Shown here piece after piece: positions 23,119-35,500 of a stretch of DNA of 64,000 nucleotides. The notes beneath the pieces are model-generated. The model ran no database searches. It saw nothing but the letters and a program-made list of their open reading frames with translations, and was not told the DNA's origin. Location of the stretch: contig OZ234493.1 of NCBI GenBank assembly GCA_965153455.1, positions 4,092,001-4,156,000 of the forward strand. The letters run 5' to 3'. Origin of the DNA: Sphagnum compactum. Taxonomy: Eukaryota. How positions within the stretch are numbered: the stretch's first letter is position 1; every line of letters starts with the position of its first letter. The position numbers were made by a program, and so were the translations under genes.

Positions 23119-25576
23119 ATGGTCAATCGTCTGCGCAAGGTAAGCTTCCCTGCCCTCTCTCTCGGTTTTCTTCCTCTTCTTATTTGCAGTGATGATGGAT
23201 GATCTGTTTCTGGAAAACATTGCAAGCGGCATTGCTCTTCTGATCAATCAAGCTCTGTCGTCTGCCGGGAAATAAGTTCATAGCATCCTTCTGTGTCTTC
23301 TGTGTCTTCTTCTTCTTCTGGGTGCAATATCGTCTCTGTTGTGAATTCTTGAGCTTCTTCTTGCTGAGCTCGCATGAACGAATCTTACCCATTACTGCAT
23401 AAATCATTGGCATGATTTCACCTCTGTTGTACATTGTTGCTCGTTCAGACCGGCAAGCATATCTTGTCTTCATGCAAAGCCATGCCAAAAGGATGAGCAG
23501 ACTATTTCATTGTCAAACAGCTTTGCATTCCTCATAATAAACCCTGTTCCTGGAACAAGTGAGTCATGCAAAGCCGTGGCAAAAAGGATAAGCAGAAAAT
23601 TCCATATTCAAACAGCGTTGCATAAACCCTCATAAACCCTGTTCCTGGAACAACTGATCTTTATGTGTGTGTTTATGAGAAGATCAGATTCATAGTAGTG
23701 ATAATCAGCAGACGCTTTCTTTCAACAAATGTTCCCACATTTCTTGATTCCACAAGAAAGAATGTCATTACATCACCATTCTCCTCCATGGCCAAGTGTT
23801 TTTGTTTTCTTTCCTTCTGTGATGATTGCAGTTTTGGGAGACATTGTCACGAGCATCGCTGTTTCAGAATGTTGATAAGCGACTTCTCCAGCATGAAATT
23901 GACACACACCGCCTTTTCCTGCTCACCAGGTACTTACCATGTCTTTCTATAGCTCTTCATGGGTTTTGAGCTCCTATTATGATCTTTTCAAGGGTTTATC
24001 TCTAGGCTAAGAGAGTAGATGAACAAAAGGAACATGATGATATGGTATGGTTGCAGCTTCCACAATGAGGGAGCATCAGCTACTGAAGAGACTGCAAAAG
24101 AGATTGAAAGACTGGCATCTGCAATGAGTTTTGCGGACCAACAACAGCAAGTTCAAACTTATGTCCATAATCAGATGCACAACATGGCTGCCATTTTGGA
24201 TGGCATCCTTCTTGAGCCTCCCCTCATCAGCAAAGCAACAGTACCTCCCAATGGTGCCAGACAACGGCCTAGTGGGCTCAGCTTTGCTGTTGGAGTAATA
24301 CCAACAGCTGAACGCGAGCGTCAAAACCGCTCCTCTGTGTATGGAAGATTTTCTCCCTAAGAGTCCTGAATCTAATTGTTTTTAAGTTTCCTTCTCCAGA
24401 TAAGGTTTTTGCACAAAAGGAAATTGTACAATTGGACTGGCAGCTGGTAGAATATGCTAACTTAGTCATCTGTAATGCAAATTCACTTTGGACTTTTGAG
24501 CCAGAACATATGGCCTTGTTGTTGCTTTTGCATGCACATGTTTGATGCTCTGCTGGTTTGGAATGGCTTGAGCTTGGAACTTGCACAAATATGTGGACCT
24601 TGAGTGAGGTACTTATGAGGGACCCAATTTGTGCAGCACAGCTGTGGTTGAAACAAAGCCCTTGAATAGAGCACAAGTTGCAACCGCATTTGAGAAAGAT
24701 CTTGGCTTCAGCCTGCATGTGAAGCAATCCACTGTTGCACATCAGGATGCCGGCACAGGCCTTTTCATTAGTGGTAGAGCACAACCAGGCACTGTGGTGT
24801 CCTTGTATCCTGGGGTCATATATTCCCCATCACAGTATCGGTACATCCCAGGATACCCCATGGTGGCTGCTGGCAACCCATACTTAATTTCCCGGTATGA
24901 TGGGCTTGTAATTGATGGCAAACCATGGAGGGAAGGAGAGGATGCTCGCAAGTGGTGGGATGGCTCTGTTACTGACAGTGAGAGAGCTCTGAGTGATGAG
25001 GCCGGTAAAGCTGAAGAATCTGCACAGAAGTCAATGCCAGAAGATGTGTCAACAGATTATCGGAATGCTGACAGGGCAAAGACCCAACATAAGAGTGTTT
25101 GGGAGCTTGTGGGTGGTGGTAAAAAATGGAGTGGGCCACTAGAAGGTGCAGTGCTTGAGCTGCGAAACCCTCTTGCCCTTGGGCATTTTGCCAATCACCC
25201 TCCAAAAGGAGTTCAACCAAATGTGATGATCTGTTCTTACACTTACACAAGTTCAAGTGGTGAGACAATCAGGCCATACATTCCAAACATTGTCTTTGGG
25301 AATGATGAAGAGCTAGACATGCAGCGTCGTGGTCCTCTTTGGGTGAATGAAGGAAGAAAGGACAGACAATATGAGCTTGAAAGCAGGCAGTATTTGGGGC
25401 ACACTTCAGGGTTAGTTCCAGTAGAGACAACAGATGTCCGCACTCTCGTCCTTGTTGCTACCAGACATTTGGAAGATGAGGAGTTGCTGCTGAACTATAG
25501 ACTTAGTAATTATACACGTCAGCCTTCTTGGTACCATTCGGTTGATGCAGAGGAGGAGCGACGACGTTGGGATTGA
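23119..25576 (+). CDS. SET-domain-like protein, SETD9/C5orf35-like plant family
   Basis: Exons 23119-23139 (MVNRLRK; an in-frame upstream ATG exists at 22969), 23832-23929 (FWETLSR...HRLFLLT), 24057-24338 (RPSGLSFAVG) and 24637-25576 (AGTGLFISG...YPGVIYSP..YRYIPGYP...RYDG...NPLALGHFANHPP...EELLLNYRLS...ERRRWD). All phases are consistent. Confidence 0.9.
23471..23660. repeat. ~95-bp tandem duplication in intron 1 of the SET gene
   Basis: catgcaaagcc...aaaaggat.agcaga...tcaaacagc.ttgcat...ataaaccctgttcctggaacaa occurs twice (~23471, ~23565). Confidence 0.8.
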
Positions 25577-27859
25577 GCTAGGGGAAGCTAATCTTTTCAT
25601 GACCAAATCTGGCTGGATCCTCTGATTTGTGCTTCTATCCTTGCAGATATTCACTATGGGTATGGAAAGCAAAAAAATTCAGCTTTTCATGTGTTCACAA
25701 GGACAAGTTTCTTTTGAAGTTGTTGGAGATAAACATGTCTGGTCAAGGATTAGGCAGTGGATGTGGCCCCATGACAATGGTAGTGACACAGTGCTGTAGT
25801 ATACAATTGTGCAGACGAGCTTGTGGCTGCCAACAGAAGGGCCTTCTAATCTCAAGCAGACTGCCCATGCACTTCTGTAAGAGGAAACCCCAAACCTGCG
25901 AAAACCCATGGATTCTAGATTCATTAATGGGAGCTAGTTCTGCATCTCTCCCAGAAGTTTCTAAATGGCTAAGCTCCTTGTGTAAAGCTATCCCTGCAGT
26001 ACTGAATGATTTGTGGGTGGCCAAGTTACAAGAAGCTTGATGTCCTTACTGAGAATAGTTGGGTTCTTAGCAACTCCCTCTCAGGAGAGTAGTTGAATTC
26101 ATCAAAGTCTTGAATCTCTCAAGAATTGACAAAATCTCTCCCCTTGTTGCAGTCTTTTTAGTTTCTCAACTCTTTATACCAAGATCATCCTTTCAGATTT
26201 GAAAACTAGAATGAAAGATCTAGTGTTCGGATAAGAGTTTTTGATAGAACAATCTGTAAGTCCTGTTGTTCTCGGTATTTGCTAGTTTAGAGGTCAAGCC
26301 TTAACTTCCAACATTTGTGTTTGAAGACCACCCATTTTCATCTCCACCTACTACAAAGGACATTTGTAAGGAGTTATTGTTATGACAAGTGTGGGGAACT
26401 CAAGAGAGAGGGCATTGAGTGATGCGTGTGAAGTGAGCAGCTCTTCCAGCCCCCCCTCCCTTGCAAATAACAACTTCTAATGGTTAAAGCTTTAAATATT
26501 TGCCTTGCAACAAACATGAGATTGAATCTGCCACCAGAGATGTTAATTGTCATGGAATGGCTTGACTATGTTGACTTTTGGGATGAATGGTGTTGTCACT
26601 GTCGCCCTAACCCTCCTGCGCCCATCTGGCCGACCCCATACACACAGCGAATATGGGTTGTAACCTGTGACCTCTCCACCAATGGGGTCATGCCATGTCA
26701 CTCATTTCTACAGAGGAACTGGTTATGATGTCCCAAACCAGGCTTTCAATTGAAAGCTCCAGTACACAGAATTTGATTTGGGAGTGTCGAAATGTCCTCC
26801 CAAAGTGATAGTAACACATAGTACCTCCCAAAGGGTGTGAAGGACTAACACAAAATGATGATTTCATTCGTCTTACTATTGATATGTATGGATGTTTTCA
26901 TTTTCATTTGGATTCATTTTTTTAATCATTTTTTACGTAGATCATCGTCGCACATCATCAATGATTTTTTTTTAGTCTTTTCAATGCTTGTTTCTTATTA
27001 TCAACATGTGTTCATAGCTTTGAAACGTGCGCAAGCCATAACAATTATTTAGTGGGCTGTTGCACTTGGTTGTCGAAGTTCTTTGATTTTTTCACACATC
27101 ATAATAGTTAGTGCACCTCGGTTGTTATTATTAGCTGATTTGTGATAGATGACGACTTTTTCATTTTAAGTCTTTCTTTGTTATTGTTGATTGTCATTTC
27201 ATAGTCGTGAGTCCTCTGTGCGTGCATAAGGTTTTTACCTTTGTTTTTGTTTTTCCTTTGGATTGTGTCTATTTATGTTTTCATTTGCCTTGTACTTTTG
27301 TTAGATGGGTTCTCATCCTTTTGAGTTTTATTTACACAGTTTCTCTCTTCTCTTTTGAGAGACAATATGGTTCAAATGATTACAATATTAACTACGAACA
27401 AAAATTATTATACCATAAATTAGAAGAAGGATAAGACATAAGAAGACCCTATTTGAAATAAGACAATAATAAGGCTTCCATTTTAAGCCTTAATTTACAC
27501 TAGATAAGACTATAATAATAGAAACAAAAATCGATGTTTTGTGACAAAGATTTGGTTGGTCATTGTTCCGAATGATACAATGGCACAGTGAAAAGTGATA
27601 ATAATGTGCCCAAGATTCCATGTTTTTCTTTGGCGAAGAAGCATGGCATGAAAAGAGATCCATTGTTGTTGTTGTTGTTTGGGGGTGTGTTTTGAAAATT
27701 TTGGGGGGGGGGGGTTTGGTGGCTGGCTAGCCTTTGTTCCTAACTTAGGAACTGTAAAGAACCCAACAAAATCTCATTTGTAGTGTTAAAAATCACTTCA
27801 TTTTCTATTTTCTATTTTTTTTATTTCCCAATTTGACGAAAAAAGGCTACTTGGGAGTA

Positions 27860-28100
27860 CCCATGTTTTTTCGGTGAATTTTGTAACGTATCCAAAGTGG
27901 TGATCATACATAGGAAGATTTAGCCGAATTTGGCTATAAGGTAAACATGAAAGTAAAAAAAAATTTAAAAGTCATTCTATATTTCTGGCTACCTAATTGA
28001 ACCATGTATAAGATATATCTGGCGATTTTTAAAAAGCTGTAAATATGGCTATTGAAAACTTCTCAAAGATATGATTTTAGCCCTTTTAATTTAATTTTCT
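27860..28100. repeat. Dispersed MITE-like repeat, copy 1
   Basis: taggaagatttagccgaatttggctataag...tggctacct...atatggctatt shares core motifs with 61985-62130 (taggaagatttagctaggtttggttatagg...tagctacat...aatatggtgaatt). Confidence 0.55.
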
Positions 28101-29245
28101 TTTCTTTTGTTTTATATAGCCAGAGGGAAAAAACAAGAAAAAAGAAGCTGCTTCGGACAGTTGCCTCAAAAATCCCCAAAGGCTCTAAAGATAGGCCCTT
28201 GTCCTGTACTGTAGGAACCTCTTGTCTCCTGTATTCATTCTTTTGATGGACAAGAGAAACAGCAAGCGACCAAAGAAGGAAAGAAGACGAGGACGAAGAC
28301 GACGAAGAGGAACAAGCAGCAACCAAAAAAGACTGAACAAGTCCAAGACGACGGACGACGATGGTGACTGGGTCAAATAACTGCGGTTCACGTCTTCACC
28401 AAAGTCAGACGCATGAATAGTGCAGCAAAAGGACAGAGGAGAGCGGTCAACAGAAAAAAGAAAAAGACTGACTCTTACCAGCGGACTCCTGAGGAGCGAG
28501 AGAGTTCCGGTGCCAAATGCACACATCCAGCATGATAATCTTGCGCAGCAACAGGGAAATCGATTAATTGTACTTTCTCGAAATGCAGACCTTCGGTGAG
28601 TACTTTGGAGCTTTTGGAGAGAGAGAGAGAGAGAGAGAGATTGATTCCAGACGCTGTTGATTTCGCGGATTTTTTCTTTTATACAAAAGTTGCTTTCTGC
28701 TTTTGCTTCTTCAAATCGTAATGTCATTGTAGCAGCATAATATCATTATTGTAAGGAACGAACTCTCGTGCAGAAGCTGGAGCGTCTAGTAGAAAAGCGG
28801 CACATACTTTTTGTATTTTTTGGGTTTTTTGGTCAAGAAAGAGATCGGGAATTCGGGGACACGCACGCAAGCACAGAAAAAGAAGAAAGAAAGAAAGAAA
28901 GCAAGAAAGAAGTTCATCAGAATAAGAAAGCACAAGCCACTTTCCAACTGTTCTATTTTTTGTTTTTTTGGTTCCCCGTCTTCCTTCTGCAGTCAAGTCT
29001 TCACAAAGAAGTCTGACATAATAGCCTACACACACAAAGAAGTCTGACATAATAGCCCCACAAAGAAATCGACACAGAAAAACTGTACACACGCAAATCA
29101 AAACAAGCGTCTCTCCTTTCCTTCCTCGACTCCTTTTTTTGTTTGCATGTGTTTCGCAACAATCCTTCTTGCAAATTTGCTTGTTCAGAGATTTTCGTTC
29201 CATGATTGTAAAGAACTTGCGGTCTGTGAAATAGATCTTTGCCGC

Positions 29246-29249
<4 letters not shown>

Positions 29250-29293
<44 letters not shown>
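29250..29293. repeat. (GA)n microsatellite upstream of shikimate kinase
   Basis: About 22 GA units; a second (GA)n tract lies at ~28617-28640. Confidence 0.95.
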
Positions 29294-29297
<4 letters not shown>

Positions 29298-29410
29298 GGC
29301 TTTGAAGTAAGCGATCTTTTGCAGCGAGCAATAGAGATTTCTATTTGAGAGGGAGTTCTTTCCTTTCCTTTCTCTGTAGAGAGTTTTTTTGGAGAGTCGT
29401 CGACGCAGCG

Positions 29411-32400
29411 ATGGTTGTTGCGGCGGCTGCTGCCGCGGTCGTCGCCAATCCTGTTGCGGTGGTGCCAGTCGGCTCGTCGGCGTACCGGAAGAAGGCAGGA
29501 ACAGCAGCAGGTGCTCTCGAGACTTCTTTCTCACAATCGCCTTCTCTGTCGTTGGTCGTCAGAACATCGACGTCCAAACCTTTCGCGTCTATATCGATTC
29601 CTACTGCTTGTCTATTTTCTTGCTCTCAAGGAACGGTCAGTCTTCGGGTGGACGGAGCACATCAGCGCAGCAGCAGAAGCAGCATCAGTGCCAGCGCCAA
29701 CGAGGTTCAATTCGGCAATCAAGATTCTGAATCGGTAAGATTTCCCCTTTCTTCCCTTTTTCCAAAATCAGGATTCTGGATAGGCAACCAGAGACGCATT
29801 CTCAACACGTTCAGTGCTCTTGAGTCTTTAGCGATGGAGTTCTTGTTCCCGCAAGCTTTAGGTTGTGCTTTAGAGGCTTGATGTGAGTTTCTAGCTTCTC
29901 CATCTGCCTTCTTTTCTTGTTGGCTTTGCTCGAGGCACCTGTTGTGTGAATGATTGATGCCGTGACGGAATTGAAGCTTTCAAGTGAATTTGCACAAATG
30001 AGTCCTTCCTTTGGTGGTGTTCTCACAGACTTTGCTCAATGCTTCAGTACAACCGTCTCTTCTGGACACCAATGCAAAATTCAGAAGTGAGTCAATCTCT
30101 GGCACATGTTCTTCCTCTAGAGCTTTATGAAACATACATCCAGGGGACATGAAAGGTAGTGACAGTAAGTGAATATGTGTTGCTGTCCTGTGTTGCCTTT
30201 GACAACAAAACAGGAATTAGAGATGGCAATGAGACTACAATGGTCATGCATGCGGAAAACGTACACCTAAGATATATGAAAAAATATATGCGGATAATAT
30301 GAAAAGCTTCTGGATCAGGAAGCTACAAGATATCTCTATCAAGTTGACTGGAAACCAAAGAAGACAAAAGCTTTAAATATGGGTATGTACAGTTTGTTGC
30401 TGTCTGTTGGAAATGCATACTTACCAAAAAGATCTTGCTGCTTTGTGATGCTGCAGCTTCTGCAGAGGGTGTGACCAAAAATGCAGCAGCACAAGAGTTT
30501 GAGCAGCTTTTGATGGTGCACTTACTTAAACCCTTGTTCACGTGAGGAGAATTGGTTGTCATTGTCACCTTGAGAATGACTGCAGCTGGACCCGTCTTCT
30601 GATTTGCAGTTGTCCTCACTCTTCTTAAGTCGTTTTCCACATCTTGTAGACATATATTATTCCCAAGTCAGCGTTTCAGTTTGAAATTTCCAACTTTACT
30701 TTCCTGAATTTGGACATAATTACATGATTACCAGCTGCCTTCTAAATGTCAATTATACTAAAGAACAAGGCCAATGTGAGCTCACTCACTCTGCTTCTGA
30801 AATATGCAGAGAAAGGCACAGGAATTGAAACAGGAGATTGAAGGAACTTGCATTTTCCTCATTGGTGAGTTGCACTCTTCTTCATACATCATTCTGTCAG
30901 AGGTCCTCAATTCATTTACGGTGCAAATGGTTGCATGGTTTGTTGCAGTCTGTCTTGAAGTACAGGTTTTCACTGCTGCTACTCAGAGCCTCAGGTTCAG
31001 CAACTTACCATGAGTATGTATGTGGATTTTGTAGGAATGATGGGATCTGGAAAGAGCACAGTTGGCCGACTCCTGGCTGAAGCACTTGAGTACCAGTTTT
31101 TAGACAGGTATGAGTTCTTTCTCATCTGCTCTGCCTGTTTGTCATCAGCTATGGCCTCCAGATAACCATTGATCTCCATTATAAGATGTGCACACCATGT
31201 AGATTGTATTGTTATATATAGCCCTCCATAAACCTCTACACCAAGTGATGGTGGCTTTGTGACTGATTTGTGAACCCAAATGGACATGAATCCCACAGTG
31301 TAGTTGATTACAGTAGCAAGTAACTTAATGGTACTCATTAGGATAAGATGATGCTCCTGAGAACTCTACTGGGCTGAACTCTCTGCTAGTTGTTTCATTT
31401 GGTTCTATTTTCCTGGCTATTGGTAGCTCTGCTTTTGTGATGTGTTGATGATGTTGCCACTCAATAGTGGTTGAAGTCTTAATTCTCTTTCTGTTGTCTG
31501 AGGACCAGTGATACTGTGATAGAGAGTTATGCTGGTGGGCTATCAGTTGCAGAAATCTTCAAAAAATGGAAAGAAAAGCGTTTCAGAGAGCTTGAGGTAC
31601 GTATCTGATGGTGCATTGCTATCTGCACATGTGTTTGAAAGGAACTGCGGCCTTGGTTGTATCATGCAATGATCTTGGCATATTCAGTACATGTTTTCCA
31701 CACTCTGGAGTCTGCTCTGCCAAGGGATATTTGGGATTCTTGAATATCTATAATTGCCCCTTGGATTCTTCTTGACTTGGCAATCAATTTCAACCTGTGT
31801 GGCAAGATCTGTGCCACTTTTAGATGCCAATATGCACAAGTAATGGTCCTCTATTGAAAAGATTAGGTAGCTCATTGTAATGTCAATGAAGTTGAATGTA
31901 AATCTGTGTAATGGAAGATGCTGATATCGAAGTGTGGTCCAAGGCATTTAGATTATTTAAAAGACAGCTGGTTGCTGGTCTGTGGTGCAGAGTCAAGCAC
32001 TGCAGGAGCTGTCATCTGCAGGTGAAGTGGTAGTTGCTACTGGTGGTGGAGCTGTTGTTCAGCCTCGAAATTGGTAATCCCCTTAGCATTTACCCAATTG
32101 AAGGTCTCTGCAGTTGATGGAAACTAGTGGCCTTGTCATATCAACCCCTAGTCTGACCCTGCGAATGGAGTCATACTAAATTGGGGCTCTGTGCAGGGTT
32201 TATCTGCGAAATGGAATCACTGTCTGGCTGGATGTACCTGTACCTGCGCTGGCAAGCCGTGTGACTGCTGTTGGCACAGGATCACGTCCCCTTCTAGGTG
32301 GTGATTGTGGTGGCTATGATCAGGTCAGTGTCAACAAAACTCCAACTAACAATACTTTGTCCTCTCAAATGCTTCTTGAGACTTTAGATGTTCCTCCACC

Positions 32401-33286
32401 TGAATGTCAGCTTTCATTGTTGAAGAGAGAATTGTAAGTCTGAGGGACACATAGTGATAATGGACACAAAAGAGGATGTGAGTTTTATTGACTAACAGCA
32501 ATTTGGTTTGCGGAAAGAGAATGTAAGACTTCTGGGACAAAATGGATCAACAGTGAAGGAGAAAGTCACACTGCCTTTGGAAAATGTACAGAAATCAAAA
32601 GGACGATTTCATCTTTTAGGTATAGAATCACTCTCAGACAGTTTACTGTCAAATGTCAAAATTCCTGAGCACTTGAGCTGATCAGCCATTGCTGTTCTGT
32701 GTCTCTTCAGGCTTTGGCACGCCTATCAAAGATCTACGAAGAAAGAGGGCCAGCATATGCAAATGCAGATGTAACAGTATCACTCCAAAGTATGTTGAGG
32801 CCATTTATGCTCATGTGCAGCTTGATTGTAGCTTGGGTTGCCTCACTGCTTGCTACATATGGGTTGAAACTGTTTTGCTTCTGTATGGCAGATTTGGCAC
32901 TGAGGCTTGCCTGTGAAGATATTTCAGAGCTCACCCCAACAGCAATCACTGTTCAGGTAAAACTTGTATCCCCTTCTATTGCTGGTGAAGGAAACACCTG
33001 TAATGCTATATGCAGCATGCATGGCAGCCTCCAGGGTGCAATAAAGCTCCTACTCAAACATCTTGCATGCTGGATCTAAATCCTTTTGACGAGTAATAGT
33101 CTCATATGCTTTAGCGTACATGTTACAATACTAGAGAACTGTGGCAGACAGGAGATTAAGTGCCAGCCAATATTCACCAAAGTTTTGGCTAATTGTTCCT
33201 ACCAGCCCCAAATCTTGCAGGTCTTGGAAGAGCTCATTCAGCATGCAAGACTTAACCAGTATTTGAGAGCTCCAGTGGGCTATTGA
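29411..33286 (+). CDS. Shikimate kinase, chloroplastic (SK1/SK2-like)
   Basis: Eleven exons: 29411-29734, 30029-30086, 30457-30515, 30810-30864, 31035-31107, 31509-31596, 31991-32073, 32197-32323, 32711-32789, 32892-32956, 33221-33286. Transit-peptide-like N-terminus, Walker [22 protein letters not shown]...[25 protein letters not shown] and [10 protein letters not shown]. Frame is continuous across all junctions. Confidence 0.95.
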
Positions 33287-35279
33287 CACCCAATTTGCAT
33301 GAAAAAAATCCATGGGTTGAGAGCAATACAAGCCATTCAAGCTTCAATGGTGAACAAAGCAGATTATACTCAACAGAAAGGATGACCATTTTCCCTCGGT
33401 GGCTACTCTAAAGAGCCAGTATTATGCTGCCTGGTAAGTGGGGACATACTCAATAGCAGAGTGGTAGACATTGGTGCGAGTGAGTGTCATTGGATGTTTG
33501 TCACAACAAACTAGCTTCATATGTGGTTTAGTGATGACATGGTTACAATTGTAACTTTAAGTTTTCCTAGGGGGACTATTATTGCCAAGTAGCCACACAG
33601 CTCTCACATAGATAATGTAAATAATGAACTTTAGAAGGGAGTTGGAACAGAAATCCATCAGATACTTCCAGGTATCAGCTGACAAGGATCGTACAGAGAT
33701 ACGGAGTTGCCCATGTTAAGACTCACATATGTGGTGCTTGAACTGCACCACATAGAGGTGGAAGATATTAGCACCAAGAATGAGGGAGCTTGTGTCAATA
33801 ATCAAAGCGGTAATCGATTTAATAAGCTGGGAAACATGTATAATATGTCTTTTTGAGTTCTCGTGTTTATGTGGGCTGTGTTTGTGTGCGTATCCGTGAA
33901 TCTTCATTTTGTACATTGCCTACATGAGTTTGTTTGTACATTTCCTATATCAAAACAAACTCATTGTACAAATTGGGGTTTTGCAACTCACATTTTGTTA
34001 TACTTATGAGTTGTTATTAAAGACATGCAAGTAAAACCTATTGAGTTGATGAACCCGGACATGTTTAGTTTGTGTGGTTGAATCTTGAACCATGATGTGG
34101 CAACTATTCTACATAGTATTACATACTTACTTCCCTCCCCCAATTTGATAATGGAGATCATCATGTGAAAATCCAACAAGGCCATTAATTTAACTCAACA
34201 TTGTTGTTAGATCTTACAAAGTTGTTAAAAATTCAAACTCAATTATGCAGAATGAATGACCTCATAATTATTGACTATCAACTTCGCATTAAGTTATTTT
34301 TATTTTATATATTTATGTTTCATGCATTAAACTTTAAAGATTATGTTTGTTATTTTAGTTGAGTGCATGTAAAGTATCTCATTGCATATGATATTCATTT
34401 TCAAGGGTTATGAAGGTAACATTTGCATGGGATATTTACTTCATATTTAAGAATATCGTCAATGTTGAACATGAATCATAAAACTTTTAACTACTTATGT
34501 GATCTTAAGGTTAGATGAAGAACTTGTTATTCATGATTTTTTCAATTTATATTTTCTTAATATTTCATTTTCAATTTCCAACACAATGTCAAACATTAAT
34601 TATTCATGAAAGAAGGAAAATTTTATAAATATATATTTTTTATTTTAAATGTTTAGAAACGTTTAGTGAATTTGTATTACAATCATAATTATGACATTTT
34701 ATTTTGATGTGTAAGGCATTGAAAATTTTAATGACAATAATGTTCATACATGAAAACTGAATACGGAGTTTTTTTTTATAAATTTTTTTGGTGAAAGATC
34801 ACAATTCAAAAAAGTTGTTGTCATTAAAATTCATTTTGGAGAGATTTTTTAAAAGGAATTTTTTTTTAGTAAGATTATTCATGAAAAACAAAAAGTTGAT
34901 TCATTGAACAATCTCTTTAAATGTTGTTAATTTTTTTGTTACATTATGTCACAAGTGCAAAAAGAGCAAAAGACACGTAGGATAGGTCATATGCAAAAGA
35001 TAGTATGATATTTACTATATATAATGTGGCCATATTACAAGTTTATCCAAATTATTTTATTATCCTTCTTGAAATGATTACAAAGGACATTTTTTTAATA
35101 TTATTACATATTGATATTTATAGTTTTATAAGGGTCATAAATATTGACATAATAATAAAAATAATTTAAAAAAAAGTTCATTTAAGTAAATTAATACTTT
35201 CAATAGTAATTTAATTAAATTTTAATAATTTAATAATTCTTTATATTAATTACTGAAATTATTTTCAAATGATAATTTT

Positions 35280-35500
35280 CATAGATTAGTATACTATTCC
35301 TAAATGGCACTAGTGTAATGGAATGATAGAGTGTTTTATCAAAATAATTAAACATGGAATCATAGTGCTATTTACAACACTTGAACATATTGATTTTTGG
35401 GACAAACAACTAGTTTAAGGTAATGTTTGGCATTATTGTGAAATTCAAATCAATTTTAAAATTTCTCCTTTCACGATATTAATTGGGTAGATGCCACATT
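35280..35500 (+). mobile_element. Decayed LTR-retrotransposon (Gypsy-like) integrase fragment
   Basis: Translation ID*YTIPKWH*CNGMIECFIKIIKHGIIVLF...WDKQL...ISPFTILIG*MP resembles the integrase core end (PQxNGxxER...WD..L......SPF..L.G..P). It sits in a very AT-rich 33.9-38.1 kb region. Confidence 0.65.

Noticed and set aside
25627..26040. 137-aa ORF directly after the SET gene
   Set aside because: Non-ATG start, lies in the presumed 3' UTR and has no protein-like motifs.
28578..28600. Minus-strand CGAAGGTCTGCAT, reminiscent of moss miR902-3p as I recall it
   Set aside because: Only a ~13-nt match from memory and no convincing complementary arm nearby.
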